Positions 24,889 to 36,775 are shown, counted from the first letter of the whole stretch. The stretch: 63,365 bases of DNA, filler included, from Globobulimina sp. (GCA_003354225.1; 54 parts of 54 records of this genome joined end to end with filler, not necessarily neighbours in it); one strand, 5' to 3'. Numbers and translations are program-made. Notes: a model not told the origin generated them from the sequence alone.

Positions 24889-25018
24889 ATGACAGAAACC
24901 TGTGTGAAAAATCGTAGGGTACATACTCAGATGCAAGTTTTTTTTTGTAGGCGGAGGTCCAAGCGCTGCTGGTTGTTCGAGCACTGTTGTATGTACGGTA
25001 CCAGGCATTCCATCTCGA

Positions 25019-25631
25019 TTGACTGCTGCTGCTATGACATTGCCCAATCAACATGAAACATTGCCACAAAAGCAATCCGATGGCTCAGTTCAACCACCAA
25101 CTGCTGCCCAGCGCCTTCGGTTATTGAAAAGAAAACCCCCACAATTCACTGAACCGTACCATAATGAGAAACCATTCAAATTGGTTCTGCTCAAAGAAGT
25201 TTTCAAATCAAGTAGAGCTCGGATGTGCTGGAGTTGTCATGTACGTTTTATAACTCTTTAATTATTCAAATTACAACAAATAACTTTTTTGACTTTAAAT
25301 TTTTTTCTATTTTATGTAAATTCTGGATGACGTTTTCTCTTCCTTTAGTTTATTATCCTGCATGTTTCAGGGTCATTTCCCGGTGGACACCTTCATGGCA
25401 CCCGAAGACATAGCGATTTCACATGAAGAACGATTCTGGGTACCTGGACAAAATCGTCATTCATCCAGCAATAATATGCAAGCACGGTTGACACATGCGC
25501 GGTTTAGCTGCATAACTAGCCGCTATCCTTATTATTCTATCCATTTGGTGGAGATCGATGCTCAAACTCGTCAGGAACTGACGCAGGATCATAAAATTCA
25601 TTTGTGGCAACAATTGGGCATTGAAATTTAG
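25019..25631 (+). CDS. C-terminal exons of a CxxC..HxxxxC (PARP-ZnF-like) protein, 130-nt intron 25241-25370; probably from a different, animal-like genome
   Basis: Splicing gives RMCWSCH|GHFP..EDIAISHEERFW..HARFSCI; intron longer than elsewhere and ends in tttcag. Confidence 0.55.
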
Positions 25632-26088
25632 ATAATTTTGCATAAAAATAGTTGTCAATGATGATTTATGTAGCTTCCTTTCCCTGTTGTAAACATATTA
25701 GTAGTGTAAAATAATGTTTGAAAAATTTTCCAAAATAATTTGAGTAATTATTTTTGTGCCAAAAAGTAATANNNNNNNNNNNNNNNNNNNNNNNNNNNNN
25801 NNNNNNNNNNNNNNNTTAATTAATTAANNNNNNNNNNNNNNNNNNNNNNNNNNNNNNNNNNNNNNNNNNNNTATTGCGGCAAGGCGAAGAATAAGATTTT
25901 CAACATATGCAAGCTTGCTAGTAACTTTCATCAGACTTGAAAACTTCTTCTTTCCTTCCGCTGCTTTTCAATGAAGCATTTTCCCTACGAAAGACAAACC
26001 CAAACGATTCACAAAATCCCTAGACAAATTATATTCATTTAAATCCCACCCACTCACACCTTTTAAAACACAGAACTAACCGTTAGAT

Positions 26089-26778
26089 TTAACCAACCCG
26101 AACTTCACTCTCTGTCTGGCTCAGTTCGTTTGTGTTTGTGTTGGAATTATTTGGAGCCGTTTCTGGCCATTTTTTTCTAATCAAAGTGGCATATTCCGGC
26201 ACAGGCGGCACTTTTTTCGCCACCGAAATAAAACCAATCCTCGCAAATAAAATCTTGCCCAATCTCTTAAAAGCCACCGCCGGTTTTCCATCAGTAACCG
26301 GTGCATATAAACGCCTCCTCGTCACTCCCTGCAATTTCTGGAATGCCCATCGATTTTTAAGCACTTGCGTCTGAGGACTTAGTGACATACTATTGAGTCT
26401 GTCATCTAACACAACGGAGCCATCCTCAACCCCACAAATAAATGATTGCAATGTTGCGTATTCTTCATATAAAAAATCACCGACAGCTACCAAATCGTTA
26501 TTATTTGGATTTCTAATACATTTAATAATCGTCTTTCCCGATACATTCTCATTCCCAACCCACTCACGTGCACGAGCTGAAAATCTGCTATGCGTAAACG
26601 ACGAACACGTACTTAATAATTCACCTCCATCCATACCATTTAATTTATTTAATCGCGCACTTCTTATTTTTTTTACTTTCTTCAATTTTTTATCCAAAAT
26701 TCCACGTAATACAGAGACTAATTCTGGCTTTGCTTGAGATATTTTCTGCTTTGGATCTGTGCTATGTTGGCGAAGCAA
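26089..26778 (-). CDS. Hypothetical basic protein, bracketed by a 23-bp inverted repeat
   Basis: 229-aa ORF; IR at 26076-26098 / 26789-26811. Confidence 0.4.
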   Translation of the reverse strand: MLRQHSTDPKQKISQAKPELVSVLRGILDKKLKKVKKIRSARLNKLNGMDGGELLSTCSSFTHSRFSARAREWVGNENVSGKTIIKCIRNPNNNDLVAVGDFLYEEYATLQSFICGVEDGSVVLDDRLNSMSLSPQTQVLKNRWAFQKLQGVTRRRLYAPVTDGKPAVAFKRLGKILFARIGFISVAKKVPPVPEYATLIRKKWPETAPNNSNTNTNELSQTESEVRVG

Positions 26779-28221
26779 CGACCTATGTGGTTGGTTAAAT
26801 CTAACGGTTAGATATGTTGGCGAAGAGATTCATTGGTGAAAGTCGCGGTGGACACAAAGCATTTTGGTTAGTAAGGAATAATCCTGTATTAAATAATTTC
26901 GCAGAAACAATGAATAAACAATTATTGGATAAAATCGGAGTACACCNNNNNNNNNNNNNNNNNNNNNNNNNNNNNNNNNNNNNNNNNNNNTTAATTAATT
27001 AANNNNNNNNNNNNNNNNNNNNNNNNNNNNNNNNNNNNNNNNNNNNGCTATTGATACAATCATTGTTTCCAAATTATAATGTTTCCCAGTTATCGGATGC
27101 ATCGTTGTTGAAATATGATTATGTCGACTTTTATCGACCACTTGTTTTTGTGGGATATCATGACTTTCCATGGCATGACATTAAAGAAATATTATTTCCC
27201 GTTGTTATGGAAATTAAAGATTTGTATAGAGTACGAAATGAAGAAAAGAAACAGGAATTGTTCATGGCAATGCAGCAAAGATCTACCTATGGGAGAAAAA
27301 GAAAAAAGTGATTTGTTTATGTTGTTTTATTGTATAATTTGTATTACTTTTATTATATTGTATAATTTAAAATTGATTTATGTTTAAAATGATTATTTTG
27401 CACAGCTAGTTTTTTAAACTGGTTTTTGAGTCTAAGCTGCATCGGATTTCATCGGATTTTTACGGCATATGAGGAGATAGATTTTATTCATTTGAACAAA
27501 GAAGATGGGTTTTTATGAAGTGTGCAAGGATCGGCAACAAACAGAAGGATATATTTCTGAACTCACAGAATGACACAGTTTATGCATCGTCGTTTTTTTA
27601 AATTTTGAACAACTAATTGTGGATCATACAAATCCGCAAAAGCTTGATTGTCAGCTTTTGATGGTAATAATGTTATATTTTCTGGCAATTCACTGTCACT
27701 TTCAATGCTCATTAAATTATGTGTTTGTTGATAATAAATAAAATCAATATTATCACCTAATTCACAAGGGTCGTCTGTTAAATCTGTATCAATTTCATCT
27801 CCATCTATATCAATATCAATATCTGCTGCATATGCATCCACACTCAAAACATTATTATCATCATAAAATATTAATTCTTGAGCTTCACTTTTCATGTCAT
27901 CCTCATCCTCAATTATATCACTATCATTGTGTGTATTTTCCAGTTCATGTACATCATTTAAATGTGATTCTATGTCCATATTATTATTATGTTTCTCATT
28001 CAAAATGTTTGAATCATCGATTTCTAGCTCAATTTGTTTCTGTTCGTTTTTTATTTCGTCCTCCATTTTTTTGTCAGCTTTATTATTCGTTATATTTGCT
28101 GTTATTTTACAACATCTCTCANNNNNNNNNNNNNNNNNNNNNNNNNNNNNNNNNNNNNNNNNNNNTTAATTAATTAANNNNNNNNNNNNNNNNNNNNNNN
28201 NNNNNNNNNNNNNNNNNNNNN

Positions 28222-29296
28222 AATGCAGTGGTAGCGAATGAAACAGTGCACCTAATGCCTCAGCCAATTTTAATGCGACCACAACTAGGCTGTATGCAGC
28301 ATTACATTGCCCCATATCTAAAATCCGCGGTATTCCACCAATATCACCCAACTCCAATTCATGGAGTCTGAACTTACCACATCCCGATGTTAATATTATT
28401 GAGTTCTCCGGTGTTGCTGCACCCAAATCAGTGAAATAGGATCGGCTCTTTTCTGTACCATCACAACCACCGATGTAAAATATATGCTTTAACTCCCCAG
28501 ACCTTATCGCATTTAACACAGTTTCCGAGTGAGCTAAAATCGACGCATGGGCAAATCCGACAAGATGACCCTTTGCATCTTTCCATTTCTCAATTGAATG
28601 AGTATTAAATCCCTCGCATTCCATTGCCTTTTCTAATAAACCAAACAATTCGCTCTCATTACCTGTATCGATATGCTTTACATTGTCATATCCCACACAA
28701 GAAGTTGTATATAATCTATCTTTGTACCGCGTACGCGGCGGCATCAAACAATTTGATGTCATCAGAATCGGTCCCGGGAATGCTTTGAATTCCTTATACT
28801 GATTCTATACAAATATATAAATATACATTTACTCAAACATGAAAAATGCACAGAAAAACAAACCTGACATGCTGTCCCAAAATGGCCAACGAGATTTTTG
28901 GATTTTTTTAATTGTGGATATGAGTGAGCCGGTAACATTTCGCCGTGAGTGTACACATTAATGCCGGTGCCGATGGTCTGTTCCAACAGATCTTCCAGGT
29001 CGCGCAAATCGTGGCCGCTTATCAAAATAGAGGGACCTTCTTTAACCCCAATGTTCACTTGGGTCGGCTCGGGATGCCCATAACGCGAGGTGTTGGCTTC
29101 ATCTAGCATAGCCATAACCTCTACACCACGCTGGCCACACTCCAGCGACATTGTCACCAATTCATCCACCGTTGCTTCATCATCGGCGGTAAAGGCCAGG
29201 GCTTTCTGAATAAAGCCAAATAGTTCCGGGCTGGTGTGATCTAGCATTGCGGCATGTTCGCTATAAGCGGCGAGCCCCTTAATCCCGTAAGTAAGC
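28222..29296 (-). CDS. hcp: Hybrid-cluster (prismane) protein / hydroxylamine-NO reductase with spliceosomal intron 28805-28863; both ends truncated
   Basis: YGIKGLAAY, ILISGHDLRDL, VYTHGEMLPAH, MTSNC, IGGCDG, SGCGK, DMGQCN; 59-nt AT-rich GT..AG phase-0 intron joins GTACQ|NQYKEF in frame. Confidence 0.95.
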
Positions 29297-29562
29297 NNNN
29301 NNNNNNNNNNNNNNNNNNNNNNNNNNNNNNNNNNNNNNNNTTAATTAATTAANNNNNNNNNNNNNNNNNNNNNNNNNNNNNNNNNNNNNNNNNNNNATTT
29401 CTTTCTTGTAATTCTCATATAAAAACATATCTAAATACGTATAAATGTGTAAAAATTAATGATATAATGATGGAGTATGGGATTAAATGTAATAATATAC
29501 GTATCTTACCCTACTAAATCAGCACCGAATTGGTAATATACACAGTGAAAGAGGATAAAAAG

Positions 29563-30471
29563 TCAAACAATGACTTTACAGACGAAACTAAACAGGAAAT
29601 AAGAGACAAAACACACTGACATACTGTTCATTAAATATTGTTGGATGTCCTTCTCCATCACCTTGCCACCGCTGTATTTCTTAACTAGTTCCTCAGCGTG
29701 GATTTGATCGGATTTATCCTCAATGCCCGGATGAAAGAAATCTAAGGCCGGAGCTAAAGCGGCTTTATTCTCAGAAAGCACCGCTTTACGTACTTCTCTT
29801 TCGATGTCACCCACATTCTTAACCAACGTGTTTGAATGCGATTGTGCGGCGTTGTCAATATTTGCCTTCAAATCAGCAATACGTTGTGCTTTGATCTTGT
29901 TTTCTAACTCTTCTCTTTGTTTCTTCTTATTTAATCGTTGGAGAACGGAAAGCTGTGCATCAGATTGATCTGTATCTCCACCTCCTCCTAATTCTGATAA
30001 TTCTCTCTGCCAAGCGGCTATATCAACGGTTTATGGATTTGCAACGGATGCTGGATTCGGAGTATTTGCGCGAGATCCGGTCGAATCGAGATCGATATTA
30101 CTGTCTTGATTTGATGCATCTTCTTGTTTTGAGTCCGATGATGTGTCTTCGTTTGAGATGTCAGCGATTAATTTGTTGGGGTCTAATATCGCAGTCTTGT
30201 ACGCGTCAAAAATCTCAGCAGTATTGACCCCTTCTTGTAAATTACTGATCCATTGACCTAAACCACGCCATTCAATGTCAAATGTATTGATTTTATAATG
30301 GACTTTTACTTTTTGAAGACCAAAGTCACGCCATTCGTACATTTCCAAGCTCGGAGTGTTGTGAATAGTCACTTTCCTCTCTCCATTGCCAAGCCATTCA
30401 TTCCATGCTTTGATTGCCAATCTCCAGATGAACGATGTGACACTAATAAATTCATCCGGACCATCGGGATT
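29563..30471 (-). CDS. Hypothetical protein(s): two out-of-frame segments with a coiled-coil region
   Basis: ORFs 30031-30420 and 29563-29871, the latter extendable upstream; no family recognised. Confidence 0.3.
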
Positions 30472-31064
30472 NNNNNNNNNNNNNNNNNNNNNNNNNNNNN
30501 NNNNNNNNNNNNNNNTTAATTAATTAANNNNNNNNNNNNNNNNNNNNNNNNNNNNNNNNNNNNNNNNNNNNACGCACACATCTATCAATTAAACAAAAAC
30601 TAACCTGTAATTTATAATTAAAATAATAATATTCTTTTCCAGCCAAAATCCAATTATATCAACACAAGAAAAGAACACAACACAACACAGGCCGCCGGAC
30701 GGACACGATTGAAGGCGCGCGCGGAATTAAATCAAAGAAGGGTGAGTCGACGCTCACAGCTGTAAAAACTTTATAGACGGCGCCCAACTGAGAGAGCCAA
30801 AACTAAGCAAGCAAGGTGTTTGATGCGTGGGCCAGTCTCCTTTACAACATAAAGGGATCAATCACGTCAGGGGTTTAGCAATAAATAAACGAGTGGCTAT
30901 AAAGGTATGCATACAAATTTCGAGAAGAAAGGAAAGCAAAGAAATAAATGTAGATAGAGTAGTAGAAACAGGACAGGGACGGGACAGCACAGCAAGGGGT
31001 TGTATTTTTATGGGCAAAATGGAAAAACCATCATGAAATGACGTCGTCACCGTGACGACACGAC

Positions 31065-31483
31065 TAGAGCCCTGATTTTTCGGCAATTGCCGAATTTGCC
31101 GCGGCAAATGCCGAAAATATGACAAATTGCCGAAAATCGCAAAATCTGCCGATAATGCCGAATTGGCTTAAATTGACAAAAAAACGCTCTTTTGATAGCA
31201 TATTTTGCCAAATTATATTATGGAAAGAAACCAAAATGGTGAACATTAAGATTTTTATGCTTTTTCTTATTGTTTTTGCTTATGTCAATAACAAAATTTA
31301 GTATAATTCCAGTTATTTGAAGTTTGCATTTGCCGTAAGTTGCCGAAAATGATAAAATCGATTGCCGAATTTGGCCTAAAAGTTGCCGAATTTGACTTTT
31401 TTGAGTTTTGCCGAATTTGCCGAAAACAAAATTTCCGATTGCCGAAAATGGCCTTTTTGAATTGCCGAAAAAGTAGGGCTCTA
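31065..31483. mobile_element. Non-autonomous hAT-type MITE, 419 bp, with 8-bp TSD
   Basis: TIR tagagccctgatttttcggcaatt matches the reverse complement of the right end at 22/24; TSD gacacgac at 31057-31064 and 31484-31491; many internal ttgccga motifs. Confidence 0.92.
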
Positions 31484-31795
31484 GACACGACCATAACTGA
31501 CTGATGTCCTGATAAGTTGGTTGAGTTTGAGTATACTGTAAGTTGACTGATCCGGCTAATTGTGTGCGTGGGTCTTAGTGTCATGTCATACCTTAGTGCC
31601 ATTGCTGCAGCTTGGGAATGTATGTATGTATAGCTTGGTTATATGTNNNNNNNNNNNNNNNNNNNNNNNNNNNNNNNNNNNNNNNNNNNNTTAATTAATT
31701 AANNNNNNNNNNNNNNNNNNNNNNNNNNNNNNNNNNNNNNNNNNNNAACTTAAAAAAAATCTTGTTAAAATTTCTTTTTTATACTTGCATCAACA

Positions 31796-32821
31796 ATGGC
31801 TTATTTTCCATTATCACAAATTGGTTGGATTCAAATCATTTATGCAATTATACAAATATTTACAGCTTTTCATTTTGTAATTTTATTTATTTATCATTCA
31901 ATACATTTGTATCTTTCCGCAAATAAAAAAATAAAAAAAGAAAACAAAAAAAAGACCGAAATCAGTATGATAAATAAAATTGAATGGTTATCCTTATTTT
32001 TTCTATTACTATCTTTAACATTGACTTTGCAGGGTGCTTTAACATTATTTGGTCTTCACCCACGATTTATAGCATGCCGATATTTTATGGGAATACTTGC
32101 CACAAATTATATGTCAGTGAAAGTTTGTTTAAATTATATATGGTTGGAACGATTGTTTTTGGTGTTTCGGCCAGACTCAATGTATGGATTTACGAAAAAC
32201 ACAAAGAATATTTCAAGATTTGTATTAGCAATTTATTGGTGTATACTTGTCACAATTTCATGGAGCTTTGGTGACAGTACTTATATGCCAGAATTTGGTA
32301 TCTGTGTCTCTAACTATCCGATTTGGGTCAGCTGTTTAATTGCCTTTGCTGACTTTCTTATCGGTACATCAATTTCAATATTATTTTGTCGGCGATTAAG
32401 TATGTTGATATTGAATCATCTGTCAAATAAATTATCTCAAGCTCCTAAGAAACAGAGAGATAACCAAAGGTATGAAATTATGAATAAAATTACATTGTTA
32501 ACCGTGCTTGCAGTGTTTACAACAACCACAAGTTTGATGTTCATCATATTATTTAGAGTTAATAGCTCAATTTGGGTGGCATTGGATGGAATTATTAATG
32601 GTTGGTGTGTTATATTGATGTTTAATGTTCATAGAAAAACATATAAGGCAATGTGTGGTAAAATGGAAAAAAGTATGATTTGTCGGCAATGTCTATCGTG
32701 CTATTCATGCAATTGGTGTTGCAATGTTTTGCCAAAAGCAACTTCCAACTCCGATCCTAAACAGATTGCAACCAACGATAAAGCAGCAGAATTGTGTGAA
32801 ATACCGAAGATTACAAATGCA
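31796..32821 (+). CDS. Divergent 7TM GPCR-like receptor
   Basis: Seven hydrophobic helices, Cys at the start of TM3 and in ECL2, WLERL at the DRY-like position, Cys-rich tail. Confidence 0.75.
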
Positions 32822-32921
32822 NNNNNNNNNNNNNNNNNNNNNNNNNNNNNNNNNNNNNNNNNNNNTTAATTAATTAANNNNNNNNNNNNNNNNNNNNNNN
32901 NNNNNNNNNNNNNNNNNNNNN

Positions 32922-33996
32922 CAAAACACAGTAATACTAAATAAAAAGGAGCCAAATGTGCCGCCAGAGGCCACAATGCCGTACATTGGACCAATTTTGT
33001 TGGGCTTCACAAACGGGACAATTGCATACGTGATGCCTTCTGCGCATTGAACATAAAAACTAAATAATAGCATGATTAACATGGAATAATTTAAATCAAA
33101 TGAAGCAAACGCAAATATGAACAAAAATATGGATTCAGCCAATAACACCAGAAATAGTGTATACACTCTGCCTTGGATTCCAAATTTGATATATAACATA
33201 TCAGTGCCGTAGCCACCAACCGATCGAGCAAATATATTCAATGAAGAAAATATAAAAACACGTATTCCTGCGTCTAAATAGGATAAATCAAATTGATTTC
33301 GATAGTAATCGGATACAAATGAAATGATCGACAATTCGACGCCAAAGCATTGTGCATAAACAACAAATAAAATCCATGTTCGATAATCTCTTGCCACCTC
33401 TTTCAAGCTTGAAAAGTCCAATAATTTTGCTTTTGTGATTTCGTGTCGATTCAAGCGTCCATTTGGTGAATCCTGCAGGCGATAATATAAACAAATTGGA
33501 ACTATTAATAGTAAGCCTAAGCCCAATGACAAGTGTCTCCAATTAAAGCCATGACTCGCTAATAATGGCATAAACAACGCAGCGCAGCCACCTCCAAAAT
33601 TGCCCCAGCCGGCAGCGGTTCCATTGGCTAAACCAATTAATCGATCGACAAAGAATTTGGTGGTATGATATTCTGTAATGACAAAGGATGATCCTATAAT
33701 GCCAATAAATAGGTTACAGACAATGTAACCAAATGAACTTGAGATTAATGATAAAAAACAAACAGGAATTAAACTCATTATTAAAATGAACATGTATGAA
33801 TATCTTGGTCCTATCTTATCACATAAATCACCGATAATGACACGAGATACAATGTTGGAGAGAACCAATACAGATTTAGCGATGGCTACGTCTGTTGAGC
33901 TTAAATCAATATCTTTTACAATCCATGGAAGAAAGCCTAAATTGCCAAACCAGACAAAAAAACAGATAAAAAATGTGGTCGCAGTGGTCCAAAATG
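32922..33996 (-). CDS. NRT2: High-affinity nitrate/nitrite transporter (NRT2/NarK, NNP family of MFS), both ends truncated
   Basis: Nitrate signature GLANGTAAGWGNFGGG; SRVIIGDLCDKIGPR; YAQCFGVEL; NIFARSVGG; AEGITYAIVPFV. Confidence 0.95.
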
Positions 33997-34096
33997 NNNN
34001 NNNNNNNNNNNNNNNNNNNNNNNNNNNNNNNNNNNNNNNNTTAATTAATTAANNNNNNNNNNNNNNNNNNNNNNNNNNNNNNNNNNNNNNNNNNNN

Positions 34097-35171
34097 GATA
34101 AGCATTATATTCCAGTAAAAGGCTATGGTTTAAACAGTTGTATTCCTAAAAATCATCATCAACATCAACCCGCATTATCTGCAAATAGCAGTGCGTCCGT
34201 TATTTGTTTTGATTAAATGATTTATTGTATTATTTGTATTGTTATGTTTGTTGTTTTTTTGTGTTTGAGTTTAATGTTTTTGTGTTATTTGTAACAATAT
34301 TCTCATACAGAGGTGATTTGCTTTGTTTATTATTAAATATTAAAACTTTGTTTTTATTTTATTTATTTCTGTTGTTTTGTTGTTCTTCTCATCGTTTTTT
34401 TGACTATATTTGATTGTTAAACCATATGGAATCAATTTAATACCTTTTTAACAACTTGAAATGTTCAATAAAAGACTAGTTGGAAATTATCAAAGTAAGT
34501 TTTGTTTTCACTTTTTTATATTTCATGGCAATGATGATGAAAAAAATAAGTATGTTATCATTTGCCTTTAAACACAATTTAATTATCAGTCTATTTATGT
34601 TACAACAGCCAAACCAACATCAAATTTGAACCGGATTGATTTAAAACACATAACAGCAGATTTTATGGACGTTCAATCCGATTTTATTGAAAGTGTTTTG
34701 GATGAAATCGATGAAAATGAAGTTGAGAACATGTACATATATTTAATATAATAATAAATATTTCTAAACATACATTCAAAGTCAGCGTATAATAAAAATG
34801 CATTCGAGAAAAAAATGAATTCAAAATTAAAAATAAAACTTAATATATCGATCTCTTTTGAAAAAAAGGAATCATGCGATAGCAATGGAAGCGGAATGGT
34901 TTATTGTTCTGACTACGAAGAAGGAGAAGGATTTTGCGATGATATTTCTTTAAATTCTCCATTTTGCATTAAAAAGCAGTCCACTGTCCCTTTACATTTC
35001 GGCCATGGCGCCCACAAATAAAAAAACAACCTCACAAATTGAACAAACAAAAGAGTGTAACATCAGTTGTCAAATATGACAGCGATAAGCATTATATTCC
35101 AGTGAGTGGCTATGGTTTAAACAGTTATATTCCTAAAAAACATCATCAACCCGCTTTTTCTGCAAATAGCA
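34097..35171. repeat. Contig spans one unit of a probable tandem array (about 987-bp period)
   Basis: gataagcattatattccagt..ggctatggtttaaacagtt..tctgcaaatagc at 34097 recurs, diverged, at 35084. Confidence 0.75.
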
Positions 35172-36472
35172 NNNNNNNNNNNNNNNNNNNNNNNNNNNNN
35201 NNNNNNNNNNNNNNNTTAATTAATTAANNNNNNNNNNNNNNNNNNNNNNNNNNNNNNNNNNNNNNNNNNNNGATATGTAGCTGTTAATATTTTTTATGTA
35301 GCTGTTGCACATTTAGTAACTAAATAGTTGCACATTTTCGTTTTTGGTCTGAAATCAATCAACTAAATACTTGCACATTTTCGTTAAAATAAATAGATGA
35401 AATAAAAATAAATTATTTTATTGAATTATTAAAATGGAAGGATTCACAATGTTTAATATTGTGGATGTTGGATGACGAGGAAGAAGTACGTGGACCTTTT
35501 GCAGACAGATTGGTAGCACCATTTTGGTATGCTCTCAGCAAAAAATTAACGACTTTGTCTGATCCTGTTACAAGAGACAATTATCGACCACTAAATTTGG
35601 ATCATGGTTATTGGCAAAATAAAAAGCATTTAAATGCTAAATATGATGTAGATTTTTTAGCGATGAAATTTAAATCAATGAAAGAGATTATTTCTGACTC
35701 AAATCCTAATTCATTACATCCGATTATGTTTTATGAGGAAAGTAATGATATATCGCAGTCACATAAAAAAATGTCTCTTGTTTATGAAGAGTTTGAGGCC
35801 GAAGAGGTAGATGATTGGTGGATATCAGAGGATTACAATCCTAATGATATCCATGCCTAATTTGTTGTTATTTTTATGTCATATATTACTAATACTATCC
35901 AACGGAGCCAACTTTTGTAAAACTAAATGTAAATATTTATATTCTTTTTTGTTAATTAATTTTGTGTTCATTTATAATATCTATTATTATGCAATTGATG
36001 CTCTTCAAACAAAAAAATATTTATTTTTTATTTTTTGCGCAATAACAGTTTGTCTATGTTTGCTATGCGAATTCGCACTAGTACAGTTTAATAGAATTAG
36101 TGAATTTAAATAAATACCAAAAAAAAACATAGTAATACTACAAATATAGCATATTAGGATTTTGAAATTTGAAAATATTGCATTAATATCTCTAATAAGC
36201 ATTAGTTAACTATTTTGGCTTAGTTTCGTTTCGTTTCATTTCAACGATTAGCAAAGTTTTTGGGTTAGCTAGAGTGGTTTTCAACCTAGTATTCGAAGTT
36301 GACCTAGTATTCGATGACCTAGTAATCCTACTATACCTTCTAGTTGNNNNNNNNNNNNNNNNNNNNNNNNNNNNNNNNNNNNNNNNNNNNTTAATTAATT
36401 AANNNNNNNNNNNNNNNNNNNNNNNNNNNNNNNNNNNNNNNNNNNNTCAGATGATCTTCATCAAGCCATATA

Positions 36473-36775
36473 TCATATCCAGTGATGCATGCGGCAAGAA
36501 GATCTTCTTCCGGAATTTTTTCTAACACCTTCCTGCGCCTTGGGTATTTGCACAGTAACCTCCACACCCCCAAGGTCCTGCAGATACGCAACCACTGCAG
36601 CTTGCTCTGCTTCGGATAAACCGATGGCCCCCGATGATACATCAGGCATTGGGCTTTCAGTATCATTGCTACCGGTCTTGCCAAAACCGGCGACGACAAA
36701 AGCTGAAGGTTTCAATAGGGACTCAAAAATAAATTCCTCGACATTCTTGTGATTTGCCAATGGATAATAATCCAA
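36473..36775 (-). CDS. Bacterial-type cytochrome c domain fragment (C-terminal half), in a chimeric contig
   Basis: FIFESLLKPSAFVVAGFG..SPMP..LSEAEQAAVVAYLQ (axial Met region and final helix); CxxCH not included. Confidence 0.6.
   Translation of the reverse strand: MDYYPLANHKNVEEFIFESLLKPSAFVVAGFGKTGSNDTESPMPDVSSGAIGLSEAEQAAVVAYLQDLGGVEVTVQIPKAQEGVRKNSGRRSSCRMHHWI

Noticed and set aside
30778-30792. LTR retrotransposon primer-binding site (ggcgcccaac)
   Set aside because: Lacks the leading TGG and upstream CA LTR end, and no gag/pol follows
28222-33996. hcp and NRT2 as a nitrogen-metabolism gene cluster
   Set aside because: Different contigs separated by linkers and ordered only by length; no physical linkage
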